Shown in pieces: positions 9,961-19,328 of a DNA stretch of 44,798 nt. Source of the DNA: Bacteroidales bacterium (lineage in GTDB: Bacteria > Bacteroidota > Bacteroidia > Bacteroidales > UBA932); assembly GCA_030695305.1 (NCBI GenBank), contig JAUYTB010000119.1, positions 1 through 44,798 of the forward strand, given 5' to 3'. A program made the position numbers and the translations under genes. Within the stretch, counting starts at the first letter, position 1. Every line of letters begins with the position of its first letter. A model generated the notes under the pieces. It was not told where the DNA came from. It made no database searches and saw only the letters and a program-made list of their open reading frames with translations.

Positions 9961-12399
9961 TTAAATACCAACTTTAAGTATATCATTAAGCACTCCTCCA
10001 GCTGTTACCCTCGCCCCTGCCCCTGCGCCCGATATCACAACTCCGGCAGGATAGTTAGAGGTGGTTATCATCACCGAGTTGTTGGTCCCGGAGATGTTGT
10101 ACAGAGGGTGGTTAAGCGGAAGCGACCTTAGCCCCACTTTGTAGCACCCCTCCTCTATGGTTGCAACGTATCTGAGTCTCTCCCCCCTATCTGCAGCACT
10201 CTTATATCTCTCAAAAAAAAGTGGTTCGGCCTCTTCAATTTTTGCATAGAATTCCGGTAGGCTTCCATTAAAGAGAGATTTGTCTGCCAGTGGTTCCAGC
10301 AGCACATCCCTCTGTTCGACTCTAAATCCACACTCTCTGGCAATAATAGTACATTTTCTTAAAACATCGGTACCGGATAGATCAACTCTTGGGTCCGGTT
10401 CGGTATATCCGGCATCTTTGGCCTCCTTTACAAGTGAAGCGAAGCTTTTAGTCCCGTCATAATTGCTGTAAAGATAGTTGAGAGTCCCGGATAGAATTGC
10501 CTCAACCGAAATAATCTTCTCTCCACTCACCTTTAACCTTGATAGCGTTTCTATTACAGGAAGCGCTGCCCCTGCAGAGGTCTCATAAAGAAGCGAAACT
10601 CGTCGGTCAAGAGCTGTTCTCTTTAGCTTGTCCCAATATTCAATAGATGACGACAGGGCAATTTTATTGCAAGTAACTACAGATACTCCCTCATCAAGTA
10701 TGTCTGCATATTGCACAGCTACAGAACTTTGAGCGGTACAGTCTGCAAATATGGAGTTTCCGAGAGAGAGAGCAGAGATCTCTTTTATAAATCCGGTTAT
10801 ATCTGTACGCTCTCCTGATGCCAACAGATCTCCGGCAAGGGAGGGGTCTATACCCTCTCTATCTGTAACAGACCGGGTACTGTTGCATATCCCGGCTATA
10901 ACTATATCCTTACCCCACTCCATGGCAATATTTTCTCTGGTCTCATTTATCAGATTTACAAGAGATTTACCAACATTACCAAACCCTGCAATAAACAGAT
11001 TCACCCTCTCTCTCTTGAATCCGAAGAACTCCTCATGTACTACTCTCACTGCATTGTCCGAATCCTTTGCATCTACTATTGCAGATATATTCTTCTCGGA
11101 TGAACCCTGAGCAATAGCGCGTATATTAATGCCGGCCCTTCCGAGTGCATCAAACATCTTTCCACTTGTCCCTGACTGATTCTTCATATCATCACCGACA
11201 AGTGAAATAATTGAGTACCCTCTCTCTACCTTTACCGACTCTACCTTCCCAAGAGACCTTTCATATGCAAATGTCTCGTCTACGGCGTTCCCGGCAATAT
11301 TTGCCACAGACTCTTCAATTGCAACACACATAGTATGAAGCGATGAGGCTTGTGTAATGAGGACAATATTCACCTTTGCGTTTGCAAGTGCGGTGAATAA
11401 CCGGGCAGAGTAGCCCGGAATACCTACCATCCCGCTCCCCTCTAGCGAAAGCAGGGCTATTTTACCGCTGCCCGATATGCCTCGTATTTTACCTCTGCTG
11501 TCCGGAGGGCGATTTTCTATTATTGTAGATGCTCCATGAGGGTCAAATGTGTTTTTGACAATAATGGGAATACCTCCTGCCACAGCCGGTTGGATTGTAG
11601 GCGGATATACAACTTTTGCCCCAAAGTGGGAGAGCTCCAGAGCCTCTTTATAGGAGATATTCTCTATAGTCTTAGCATCCGGTACTACTCTTGGGTCTGC
11701 AGTCATCATCCCGTTTACATCTGTCCATATCTCCAGAACTCTGGCACCGGAAGCAGCCGAAAAAAGTGATGCGGTAAAGTCCGAACCTCCTCTTCCTAAG
11801 GTTGTGGTGCGTCCTTTATGATCGCTGGCAATGTATCCGGGTACTACCCATAATTTTGTTCCGTTGGCATTGAGAAAATTTGTTATATTTCTATCGGTAG
11901 CTTCTATATCTACAATATTCTGATAGTTGTGCGATATTGTCTTTACCAGCTCTCTTGAGTCTGTCCAGATATTATTAATTCCCAATGAACTTAGTTTTGC
12001 CGATATTATAGTGGTTGACAACAGCTCTCCATAACTCACAGCCAGGTCGCATGATCCCTGTGTTAACTCTCCGGTTAGAGAGATTCCCTCAAGTAAACCA
12101 TTAAGAGATTTAAACATATCGCCGCATTTTGCTCTGGTCTGCTCTCTGTAATCTTCCGGGATCAATCCGAGAATAATGGTGTTATGGATATCTTCAAGCG
12201 AAGAGATAATCTCCTTGTAATCCAAATCTCTATCTGATGCCAGAGATGCTGCCTTAATGAGTTTATCTGTACAGCCTCCGATTGCCGATGCCACCAGAAT
12301 TGTCCTGTCTTTTTTTACAGCATCGGCTACTATTGAGACCACCTTTAATATATTTACGACGTTAGCAACCGAGCTTCCGCCAAATTTAAGAACTTGCAT
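9961..12399 (-). CDS. thrA: Bifunctional aspartate kinase/homoserine dehydrogenase (ThrA/MetL type)
   Basis: KFGGSS, LGRGGSD, WTDVNG, two ACT domains, GFGNVG, GYTEPDPRVDLSG, GAGAGA. Confidence 0.92.
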   Translation of the reverse strand: MQVLKFGGSSVANVVNILKVVSIVADAVKKDRTILVASAIGGCTDKLIKAASLASDRDLDYKEIISSLEDIHNTIILGLIPEDYREQTRAKCGDMFKSLNGLLEGISLTGELTQGSCDLAVSYGELLSTTIISAKLSSLGINNIWTDSRELVKTISHNYQNIVDIEATDRNITNFLNANGTKLWVVPGYIASDHKGRTTTLGRGGSDFTASLFSAASGARVLEIWTDVNGMMTADPRVVPDAKTIENISYKEALELSHFGAKVVYPPTIQPAVAGGIPIIVKNTFDPHGASTIIENRPPDSRGKIRGISGSGKIALLSLEGSGMVGIPGYSARLFTALANAKVNIVLITQASSLHTMCVAIEESVANIAGNAVDETFAYERSLGKVESVKVERGYSIISLVGDDMKNQSGTSGKMFDALGRAGINIRAIAQGSSEKNISAIVDAKDSDNAVRVVHEEFFGFKRERVNLFIAGFGNVGKSLVNLINETRENIAMEWGKDIVIAGICNSTRSVTDREGIDPSLAGDLLASGERTDITGFIKEISALSLGNSIFADCTAQSSVAVQYADILDEGVSVVTCNKIALSSSIEYWDKLKRTALDRRVSLLYETSAGAALPVIETLSRLKVSGEKIISVEAILSGTLNYLYSNYDGTKSFASLVKEAKDAGYTEPDPRVDLSGTDVLRKCTIIARECGFRVEQRDVLLEPLADKSLFNGSLPEFYAKIEEAEPLFFERYKSAADRGERLRYVATIEEGCYKVGLRSLPLNHPLYNISGTNNSVMITTSNYPAGVVISGAGAGARVTAGGVLNDILKVGI

Positions 12400-13447
12400 A
12401 TAATTTTTTATTAGCTTTTGATTTTGAATTGAATATCTCCGGAAAAGAGTTTATAACAGCATCTGCTGTCTGGTTATACTCCAAAAGAAACCCATCGTGC
12501 CCAAAGAGTGATTTTATCTCTGCGAATGATGCATTTGGAATATTCTCTGCCAAAAAACGCTGCTCTTCTATAGGGAAGAGAAGATCACTGTCAATTCCTA
12601 TTACCAGTGTATTGGCCTCTATTTTGGAAAGTGCATTTATTACGCCACCCCGATATCTCCCAACATTATGGCTATCAATAGATTTAGTCAATGTAAAATA
12701 GGAGTAGGCATCAAAACGGGCCGAAAGCTTTTCTCCCTGATACTGTTGGTAACTGCCAGCTCTTTTCGCAAAGAGAGAGTCCTGGTCAGGCTCTTTTTGG
12801 GATACTCCGTATCCTTCGTATGAGCGGTAGGAGAGTAGTGCTATTGAGCGAGCTGTCTCAAGCCCTTTTTTGCCCCCATTGCTATCTCTCTGCTCTGTAA
12901 ATGTTGGATCGGAGAGTATTGCAAGTCTTTGAGATTCATTGAATGCCGTACCCCATGGAGAGACGCGGGCATTACAAGCTATAAGAGCCAATCTCTCTAC
13001 TACTTGCGGATAGGATGCTGCCCACTCAAGAGCCTGGAATCCGCCAATTGAACCCCCTGTAATAAGATCTATCTGCTCAATTCCTATTGCCTTCCTTAAA
13101 ATATTATGGGCTTTAACGGTGTCTCTTACAGTTACTTGAGGAAATCGTAGCAGATACTGCCTCCCCTCTTTATCAAGGGAAGCGGGGCCTGTTGTGCCGT
13201 AGCAAGATCCAAGTACATTTGCGCAGATTATATAGAACCTATCTGTGTCAAACAGTTTACCAGGACCTGTGAGTCCATCCCACCACTCAATAGGGTTGGA
13301 GTTGGCGGTGAGTGCATGGCAGATCCAGATAACTCTTTTATCCGGAGAGTAGTTTGCCGTATGGTGATAGCAAATCTCGAGGGATTCGATAACCTCTCCG
13401 CTCTCTGTCTCAAATTTTCCGGAATATCTAAAAACCTCTCTCTTCAT
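12386..13447 (-). CDS. metX: Homoserine O-acetyltransferase (MetX family)
   Basis: CHALT, GGSIGG nucleophile elbow, SDLLFP, GHDGFL. Confidence 0.92.
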   Translation of the reverse strand: MKREVFRYSGKFETESGEVIESLEICYHHTANYSPDKRVIWICHALTANSNPIEWWDGLTGPGKLFDTDRFYIICANVLGSCYGTTGPASLDKEGRQYLLRFPQVTVRDTVKAHNILRKAIGIEQIDLITGGSIGGFQALEWAASYPQVVERLALIACNARVSPWGTAFNESQRLAILSDPTFTEQRDSNGGKKGLETARSIALLSYRSYEGYGVSQKEPDQDSLFAKRAGSYQQYQGEKLSARFDAYSYFTLTKSIDSHNVGRYRGGVINALSKIEANTLVIGIDSDLLFPIEEQRFLAENIPNASFAEIKSLFGHDGFLLEYNQTADAVINSFPEIFNSKSKANKKLYASS

Positions 13448-13459
13448 AATCTCTCCTCC

Positions 13460-14752
13460 CTAAATAGCTGTAAATGCGCTCTCCAGATCTCTCTTGATAT
13501 CTTCTATATGCTCTATTCCAAGGGATACTCTTAGAGAACTCTCCCCGATACCGGCAACTTGAAGCTCCCGGGGTGTCATCTGTGAGTGGGTAGTGGATGC
13601 AGAATGGCTTATAAGGGTTTTGTTGTCTCCAACATTTGTGAGATGACTTATTAGAGTCAGCCGGGTTACTACCTGAGAGGCCTGCTCTTTGCTCCCCTTT
13701 ATTGCAAAGGATAGGACGCCTCCGAATCCATTGGTGAGGTATCTTTTAGCTCTCTCGTGATTAGGATTATCTATCAGCCCCGGGTAGTTAACCGACTCAA
13801 CCTTAGGGTGGGCCCGGAGCCACTTTGCCAACTCAAGGGCATTATTTACAACTCTTTCAACTCTAAGTGATAGGGTCTCTACCCCTGTGAGGATAAGGAA
13901 TGCATTGAATGGACTCAGACAACATCCCCAGTCGCGAAGACCCTCTGTTCTTGCTTTAACTGCAAAGGCGATATTTCCTGTAGCCGACCCCTCTCCAAAA
14001 CTCTCCCAGAAGCTTACTCCGTGATAGGACTCAGATGGGTTTGTAAAGTATGGAAATCTGCCGTTGTCCCACCGGAATTTTCCGCTATCCACTACAATAC
14101 CTGCCAGTGAGTTGCCGTGCCCGCCTATCCACTTTGTTGCAGAGTGGGTTACAATAGCTGCCCCCAACTCAATAGGGCGACAGAGATATCCCCCTGCTCC
14201 AAATGTGTTATCAACAATAATGGGAACACCGTATTTTTTGCTGATTTTTTCAAACTCTTCAAAATCTGGGATATAAAAGTTTGAATTACTAATAGACTCT
14301 ATATAAATAGCTTTGGTTCTGTTGTCAATTCGGGCCTCAAATGCAGATGAGTCGTTAACCGGAGCAAATCGACTCTCTATTCCCAACCGGGTAAAACTTA
14401 TCTTAAATTGGTTATATGTGCCGCCGTAGAGCGAAGAGGAGCTTATAATGTTGTCTCCCTCTCCTGCAATATTTTGAATAGCAAGAAACTGTGCTGCCTG
14501 TCCCGAAGATGTTGCCACAGCTGCGGCACCACCCTCCAATGCGGCAACTCTCTGCTCTAATACATCTGTGGTAGGGTTTGAAAGTCTTGTGTATATATTA
14601 CCGAACTCTTTAAGTGAGAATAGGTTGGCTGCCTGAGCTGCACTGTCGAAATGAAATGCAGATGTCTGTACGATTGGAGTTGTGCATGGTCCGTTTGGGG
14701 AGATAACTCTACCCGCATGCACCTGTAAGGTATCAAAATGGTTATTCGTCAT
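13460..14752 (-). CDS. metY: O-acetylhomoserine aminocarboxypropyltransferase (sulfhydrylase)
   Basis: YTRLSNPT, SSGQAAQ, HSATKWIGGHG (PLP lysine), NVGDNKTL; probable start ATG 14752 (MTNNHFDTLQVHAG). Confidence 0.92.
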   Translation of the reverse strand: MTNNHFDTLQVHAGRVISPNGPCTTPIVQTSAFHFDSAAQAANLFSLKEFGNIYTRLSNPTTDVLEQRVAALEGGAAAVATSSGQAAQFLAIQNIAGEGDNIISSSSLYGGTYNQFKISFTRLGIESRFAPVNDSSAFEARIDNRTKAIYIESISNSNFYIPDFEEFEKISKKYGVPIIVDNTFGAGGYLCRPIELGAAIVTHSATKWIGGHGNSLAGIVVDSGKFRWDNGRFPYFTNPSESYHGVSFWESFGEGSATGNIAFAVKARTEGLRDWGCCLSPFNAFLILTGVETLSLRVERVVNNALELAKWLRAHPKVESVNYPGLIDNPNHERAKRYLTNGFGGVLSFAIKGSKEQASQVVTRLTLISHLTNVGDNKTLISHSASTTHSQMTPRELQVAGIGESSLRVSLGIEHIEDIKRDLESAFTAI

Positions 14753-14860
14753 TTTTTGATGATGATAATGGAGTTGATAATTTTTTGATCTTTTTTTGGG
14801 CGAATGCCCTGAGCTGATTTTTGGGCTTACACCCAATGGACCTTCGCAGGGCCCGGAAAA

Positions 14861-14974
14861 CTATCTATGCATCTGGCGATGCATTCGCATCATCATCGTC
14901 ATTTGAAACATAACAGAGATTGAAGCAGAAGATCTTCTGCCTGCAGATGTTTGTATAAGGTTCTCTCTGTTCAT
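14861..14974 (-). CDS. Putative Met-rich leader (attenuator) peptide, 37 aa
   Basis: ATG at 14974, TAG at 14861: MNRENLIQTSAGRRSSASISVMFQMTMMMRMHRQMHR*; 7 Met in residues 22-35; lies between the promoter and metY. Confidence 0.8.
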   Translation of the reverse strand: MNRENLIQTSAGRRSSASISVMFQMTMMMRMHRQMHR

Positions 14975-14991
14975 TCGAAATATTGCAACTG

Positions 14992-15022
14992 CAAATATAT
15001 CTATTCTTTTTTTTCTGCCAAA
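14992..15022 (-). promoter_or_regulatory. Bacteroidetes housekeeping promoter for the met leader/operon
   Basis: TTTG (15022-15019), 19-nt spacer, TATATTTG (14999-14992): canonical -33/-7 arrangement. Confidence 0.8.
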
Positions 15023-15071
15023 TTTTAATTTTTAAATTTGACAACAGCACAAAATATGCCCAGCAAAGAAG

Positions 15072-15494
15072 CTATTTACAATCCTCAGAGGGGTTACTGC
15101 AGCCGCAATTGCACCCTGCACACCCCAGTGAAGCTACATTTATAGGGTAACCCTTTATCTTCCAGAGATTCAATCCTCCATCCAAATTAGCAGCAGAAGT
15201 ATATCCCTGAATATTAAGAAGATTAACAATTTTTGTGCTTCTTACCCCTCCGGGACACATTACAATCAGGTTCTTCTCTTTTGGAATCATACCAAGACGT
15301 TCCATAATTTGAGACATTGGATGGTTGACAACATTTTCCAAAGGGATACTCTCCCTCTCTGTCTCATCCTCCTCTCTCACATCAATCATTATTGCCCTAT
15401 TGTTAATAATCTCTTCATAAGCATCATCTGCACTAATGTTTTTTACCCCTGTTAGATGGAACTCCTGGTACAATGGTTTGTCTGTAGTTTTCAT
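15072..15494 (-). CDS. Rhodanese-like domain protein with Cys-rich tail
   Basis: IDVRE, active-site loop CPGGVRS, NLDGGLNLW; C-terminal CAGCNCGC. Confidence 0.85.
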   Translation of the reverse strand: MKTTDKPLYQEFHLTGVKNISADDAYEEIINNRAIMIDVREEDETERESIPLENVVNHPMSQIMERLGMIPKEKNLIVMCPGGVRSTKIVNLLNIQGYTSAANLDGGLNLWKIKGYPINVASLGCAGCNCGCSNPSEDCK

Positions 15495-15512
15495 ATTTTC
15501 TACTGAGTTTTC

Positions 15513-16553
15513 TTAAGATGGGAATTGGTTCTTTGTTTTGTTTGCATATTTAACAAGTGTGAGCATAACCGGGACCTCCGTAAGAACTCCCACCACTGTT
15601 ACAAGCGTAGCGCCCGAGTTGAGACCAAACAGGACAATTGCAACTGCAACAGATAGTTCAAAGAAGTTGCTTGCCCCAATCATAGATGCAGGAGCTGCAA
15701 TATTGTGAGGAAGCTTCCATCTCTTAGCCCATTTATACGCTATAAAGAAGATAAAGAATGTTTGTAAAACTAGCGGAACAGCTATTAGTAATATATTTAG
15801 AGGGCTCTTTAGAATCTTATCTCCCTGAAAAGAGAAAATAATAATAAGAGTTAAAAGAAGTCCGGTTATAGTTGTCCCGGTGAACTTTTTGAGAAAAATG
15901 TTTTCGAAGAACTCTAATCCTCTTCTCTTGATAACAGCTCTTCTGGTAACTACAGCCAAAAGTAGAGGGATAACAACAAAGAGTACTACAGAGAGAATAA
16001 GGGTATTCCAGGGAATTGATATTCCACTAACCCCTAGTAGAAATGTGACAATAGGAATAAATGCCACAAGAATAATGAGATCATTAACTGCAACCTGAAT
16101 TAGTGTGTATGCAGGATTACCTTTTGTAAGGTGACTCCAGACAAAAACCATAGCAGTACATGGAGCTGCCCCAAGAAGAACTGCTCCGGCAAGGTACTCT
16201 TTTGCAAGCTCTGCCGGGATAAAGATCTTAAATACAACATAGAAAAAAAACCAAGATATTGCGAACATTGTAAATGGCTTAATAAGCCAGTTAACAGTCA
16301 GAGTTATAGCCAGCCCTTTAGGCATTTTAACTGCATTTACAATGCTGGAGAAGTCAATTTTTAGCATCATGGGAAAAATCATGATCCATATTAAGATTGC
16401 AATTGGGATAGAGACATTTGCATACTCAAGTTTTCCCAATGCGTCAGGAACAACAGGCAACAACTTACCTATGGCAATTCCTGCCACGATACAAAGAGCA
16501 ACCCATACAGAGAGGTATCTGTCAAAGAATGAAATTCCTTCTATTTTCTTCAT
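15513..16553 (-). CDS. acr3: ACR3 family arsenite efflux transporter
   Basis: FFDRYLSVWV, NWLIKPF, APCTAMVFVW, GASNFFEL, EVPVML. Confidence 0.93.
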   Translation of the reverse strand: MKKIEGISFFDRYLSVWVALCIVAGIAIGKLLPVVPDALGKLEYANVSIPIAILIWIMIFPMMLKIDFSSIVNAVKMPKGLAITLTVNWLIKPFTMFAISWFFFYVVFKIFIPAELAKEYLAGAVLLGAAPCTAMVFVWSHLTKGNPAYTLIQVAVNDLIILVAFIPIVTFLLGVSGISIPWNTLILSVVLFVVIPLLLAVVTRRAVIKRRGLEFFENIFLKKFTGTTITGLLLTLIIIFSFQGDKILKSPLNILLIAVPLVLQTFFIFFIAYKWAKRWKLPHNIAAPASMIGASNFFELSVAVAIVLFGLNSGATLVTVVGVLTEVPVMLTLVKYANKTKNQFPS

Positions 16554-16591
16554 TTTAATAGTTATCTGATTATTTATTAATCTCGAGGTAT

Positions 16592-17017
16592 TTAAAGCTT
16601 TGGAGCGATCTCTTTGGTGTAGAATTCAAAGAAACGATCTTTTATCATATCCCTTATACGGTAGTATTCGCCCATAATATACTCAGGTGTTCCTGTTTTG
16701 TGTGACGGGTCCTCAAAACCAATATGAAGTCTGCTCTTAACCTTGCCAAAGAAGGCAGGGCAGGTTTCATTTGCATCATCGCAAACGGTTATTACATAAT
16801 CCCACTCCTCATTCAGGTATTTGTCAACAATATCGGGTGTGTGCATACTTATATCCACACCCGCTTCGCTCATCACCTTAACAGCAGTCGGATTCACTTG
16901 TTGTGCAGGTTGAGTCCCTGCCGAACATACGGTTATATTATTGTTAAATGATTGAAGGAAACCATGAGCCATCTGGCTTCTGCAGCTGTTTCCTGTACAC
17001 AATATCAATATTTTCAT
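16592..17017 (-). CDS. arsC: Thioredoxin-coupled arsenate reductase (LMW-PTP fold)
   Basis: CTGNSCRSQMA, TVCDDANETCP, FEDP. Confidence 0.92.
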   Translation of the reverse strand: MKILILCTGNSCRSQMAHGFLQSFNNNITVCSAGTQPAQQVNPTAVKVMSEAGVDISMHTPDIVDKYLNEEWDYVITVCDDANETCPAFFGKVKSRLHIGFEDPSHKTGTPEYIMGEYYRIRDMIKDRFFEFYTKEIAPKL

Positions 17018-17067
17018 GTTCTTAAATTATTATTTGTCAATATTATATTTTGGTAGTATTAAAATGT

Positions 17068-17397
17068 TTAGCATTTACATGATAAATCAGGGGTCTCAAT
17101 ATCATCAAAAAAGGAGTTAAATTTACTCTTAAATTCGATAATTTTTGCACTGTTTATACAATAATTGGTCTTAAGTCCCTCTATCTCTCCTACAATAAAT
17201 CCCATCTGCTTAAGTTCGTTAAGATGCTGATATACAGTGCTTCTGCTTAGGGGGATAAAATCAGAGATATCCCCGGATATACATGTGCCACACTTTGCAA
17301 GATATTGAAGAATAGCGAGCCGGGCAGGATGTGATACTGCTTTTGCAAAGAGCGACAACTCTTGCAGATCTTTGTCGAATTTCTCTCTTTTTATCAT
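17068..17397 (-). CDS. arsR: ArsR/SmtB family transcriptional repressor
   Basis: KAVSHPARLAIL, CGTCISGD, LSRSTVYQHLNELK, C-terminal CKC. Confidence 0.9.
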   Translation of the reverse strand: MIKREKFDKDLQELSLFAKAVSHPARLAILQYLAKCGTCISGDISDFIPLSRSTVYQHLNELKQMGFIVGEIEGLKTNYCINSAKIIEFKSKFNSFFDDIETPDLSCKC

Positions 17398-17427
17398 TCT
17401 ATCTAAGGTGATTATAGTTCATGTTTA

Positions 17428-17465
17428 ATGACGCAAACATACGACATAGGTCTGATATTTTCAAA
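17428..17465 (-). promoter_or_regulatory. ars promoter with overlapping imperfect palindrome (candidate ArsR operator)
   Basis: TTTG (17465-17462), 20-nt spacer, TATGTTTG (17441-17434); palindrome ATGTCGTA-tgtt-TGCGTCAT (17447-17428) covers the -7 box. Confidence 0.6.
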
Positions 17466-17473
17466 TTTAATTA

Positions 17474-17481
17474 TACATTTG
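17474..17481 (+). promoter_or_regulatory. -7 box for the gluconolactonase gene
   Basis: TACATTTG 18 nt before the ATG at 17500. Confidence 0.55.
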
Positions 17482-17499
17482 TAACAGATACTTAATAAT

Positions 17500-18393
17500 A
17501 TGAAACACTTATTTGGTCTATTCCTTATAATACTCATCAATACAGTTGGTGAGGAGGCATCATCTATGGATAGAGGATATAAAGTTTATGATCTGCTTCC
17601 GGAGTGGAGCTTTACAAAGGGTATTGAGGGTCCTGCTATAGATGCTGCGGGGAATCTCTACGCTGTAAATTTTGCCAAACAGGGTACTGTCGGAGTTGTT
17701 AATCTGCAAGATGGGGCAGGGGTATTAGGTGCGTCAGCTGTGGCGTCTCACTATATAACTCTTCCCGAAGGATCTGTAGGAAACGGCATTCGCTTCGATA
17801 AAAAGGGGGTTATGTATATTGCAGATTATACCGGGCATAATATTTTAAAGGTAGACCCTTTAGATAGATCAATCAAGGTTTTTGCCCATAATCCGGCCAT
17901 GAATCAACCTAATGATATTGCCATCTGCCCAAAAACCGAAAATCTCTATGCCAGTGATCCAAACTGGAAAGAGTCAACCGGTAAGCTCTGGCTAATTAAC
18001 CGCAAAGGTGAGGTTATTTTACTAGAAGAGAGTATGGGAACAACAAATGGGATAGAGGTCAGTCCGGATGGCAAACGCCTATATGTCAATGAATCAGTAC
18101 AGAGAAAGATTTGGGTTTACGATATTAAACAAGATGGAACGCTGGAGAATAAGAGACTCTTTACATCTTTTGAAGATTTTGGTCTTGATGGAATGCGTTG
18201 CGACTCCAAAGGGAATCTATATGTGACACGTCATGGTAAAGGTACTCTTTTAATAATCTCTCCACGTGCCGTGACTTTAAGGGAGATAGCCCTAAAGGGA
18301 AAACTCTGCTCCAATGTAGTTCTCTCTCCCGATGAAAAGCGTGCCTATATCACTATGGCAGATAGGGGATGTTTTGAGGTTGTAGAATTTTAA
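17500..18393 (+). CDS. SMP-30/gluconolactonase/LRE family protein, secreted
   Basis: EGP, NQPND, NGIEVSPDG, DGMRCDSKGNLYV; signal peptide. Confidence 0.88.
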   Translation: MKHLFGLFLIILINTVGEEASSMDRGYKVYDLLPEWSFTKGIEGPAIDAAGNLYAVNFAKQGTVGVVNLQDGAGVLGASAVASHYITLPEGSVGNGIRFDKKGVMYIADYTGHNILKVDPLDRSIKVFAHNPAMNQPNDIAICPKTENLYASDPNWKESTGKLWLINRKGEVILLEESMGTTNGIEVSPDGKRLYVNESVQRKIWVYDIKQDGTLENKRLFTSFEDFGLDGMRCDSKGNLYVTRHGKGTLLIISPRAVTLREIALKGKLCSNVVLSPDEKRAYITMADRGCFEVVEF

Positions 18394-18405
18394 ATTATTA
18401 TCTAT

Positions 18406-19302
18406 ATGAGTAAAATAGAGTTAGAGGAGGTAGAGAGTGTTGATGACTCTACTTCTGTAATAGTTGTTTGTAAAAATTGTGAAACTCAATTTGAAGGAAA
18501 TTATTGTCCCAATTGTGGCCAGTCGGTAAAGGATTTAGATATACCATTCAAGATTCTGATCTTTGATATTATGGCAAATATGTGGGCTTTTGACACACGT
18601 GTTCTCAAGACACTCAAATCGGTGCTTTTTAAGCCGGGAGAGATGGCATTGGACTATGTTGCGGGCAAAAGAGCACGTTATATGCCACCTTTTAGATTCT
18701 ATGTATTTATAAGTTTTATCTTTTTCCTTCTCCTTAATCTCACTACGACCAGACAGTTTAACGAAAAATGGAGTTTTCAAACAGGTTCAGATACTGTTAC
18801 TATTTCAAAAGGAGATTCAGATAATAATCTTATATCAATCACTGACAGTAATTCAAATAATAGTACCTTCAAGGGTTTTACTAAAGATATAAATCAAAAT
18901 AAGGAGTACTATATCTCCAGGTTTTTCTCTATACTCTCCTGGAGTCTCTTTATACTGATGCCGCTTTATGCAGCTCTTTTTTGGGTTCTATTCAAAAAGA
19001 GTCAAAAACATTTTCTCGGTCACTTTATCTTTGCAATAAACCAGCATGCTTTTCTATTTACAATATTTATCCTCCTTTTAATAATTAACTCTATTTTTCC
19101 AGAGAAGAGTACAAATTACGAAAGCTGGCTATTACTCCTATTTCCCATCTATATTGTTGTCGGTAGCCGTAAGCTCTACAGAAGAGAGTGGCTATCCATA
19201 ATTATGAGAATAACAGCTGCGCAGTTTATCTATATGTTTATTTTAGGAGTTGCAATTATTGCTGTGGCATATATTACCTTCGCCAGAGTTTTAACAAATT
19301 AA
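18406..19302 (+). CDS. DUF3667 domain membrane protein
   Basis: CKNC...YCPNCGQ zinc ribbon, KPG...YVAGKRARYMPPFR, several TM helices. Confidence 0.82.
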   Translation: MSKIELEEVESVDDSTSVIVVCKNCETQFEGNYCPNCGQSVKDLDIPFKILIFDIMANMWAFDTRVLKTLKSVLFKPGEMALDYVAGKRARYMPPFRFYVFISFIFFLLLNLTTTRQFNEKWSFQTGSDTVTISKGDSDNNLISITDSNSNNSTFKGFTKDINQNKEYYISRFFSILSWSLFILMPLYAALFWVLFKKSQKHFLGHFIFAINQHAFLFTIFILLLIINSIFPEKSTNYESWLLLLFPIYIVVGSRKLYRREWLSIIMRITAAQFIYMFILGVAIIAVAYITFARVLTN

Positions 19303-19328
19303 TTTGTAAATAGAGACCTTCTGATATT

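Noticed and set aside
14753-14836. N-terminal extension of MetY from a TTG start
   Set aside because: Homology starts at MTNNHFDT; the extension is the structured leader region.
14753-14990. SAM riboswitch, T-box or classical terminator attenuator
   Set aside because: No SAM-I/II or T-box consensus recognised by eye, and the distal hairpins are followed by A-runs rather than U-runs; an Rfam scan is still needed.
14865-15050. 61-aa ORF ending NDDDDANASPDA
   Set aside because: Alternative frame of the Met leader (GAT instead of ATG repeats); it starts at a non-ATG codon upstream of the promoter.
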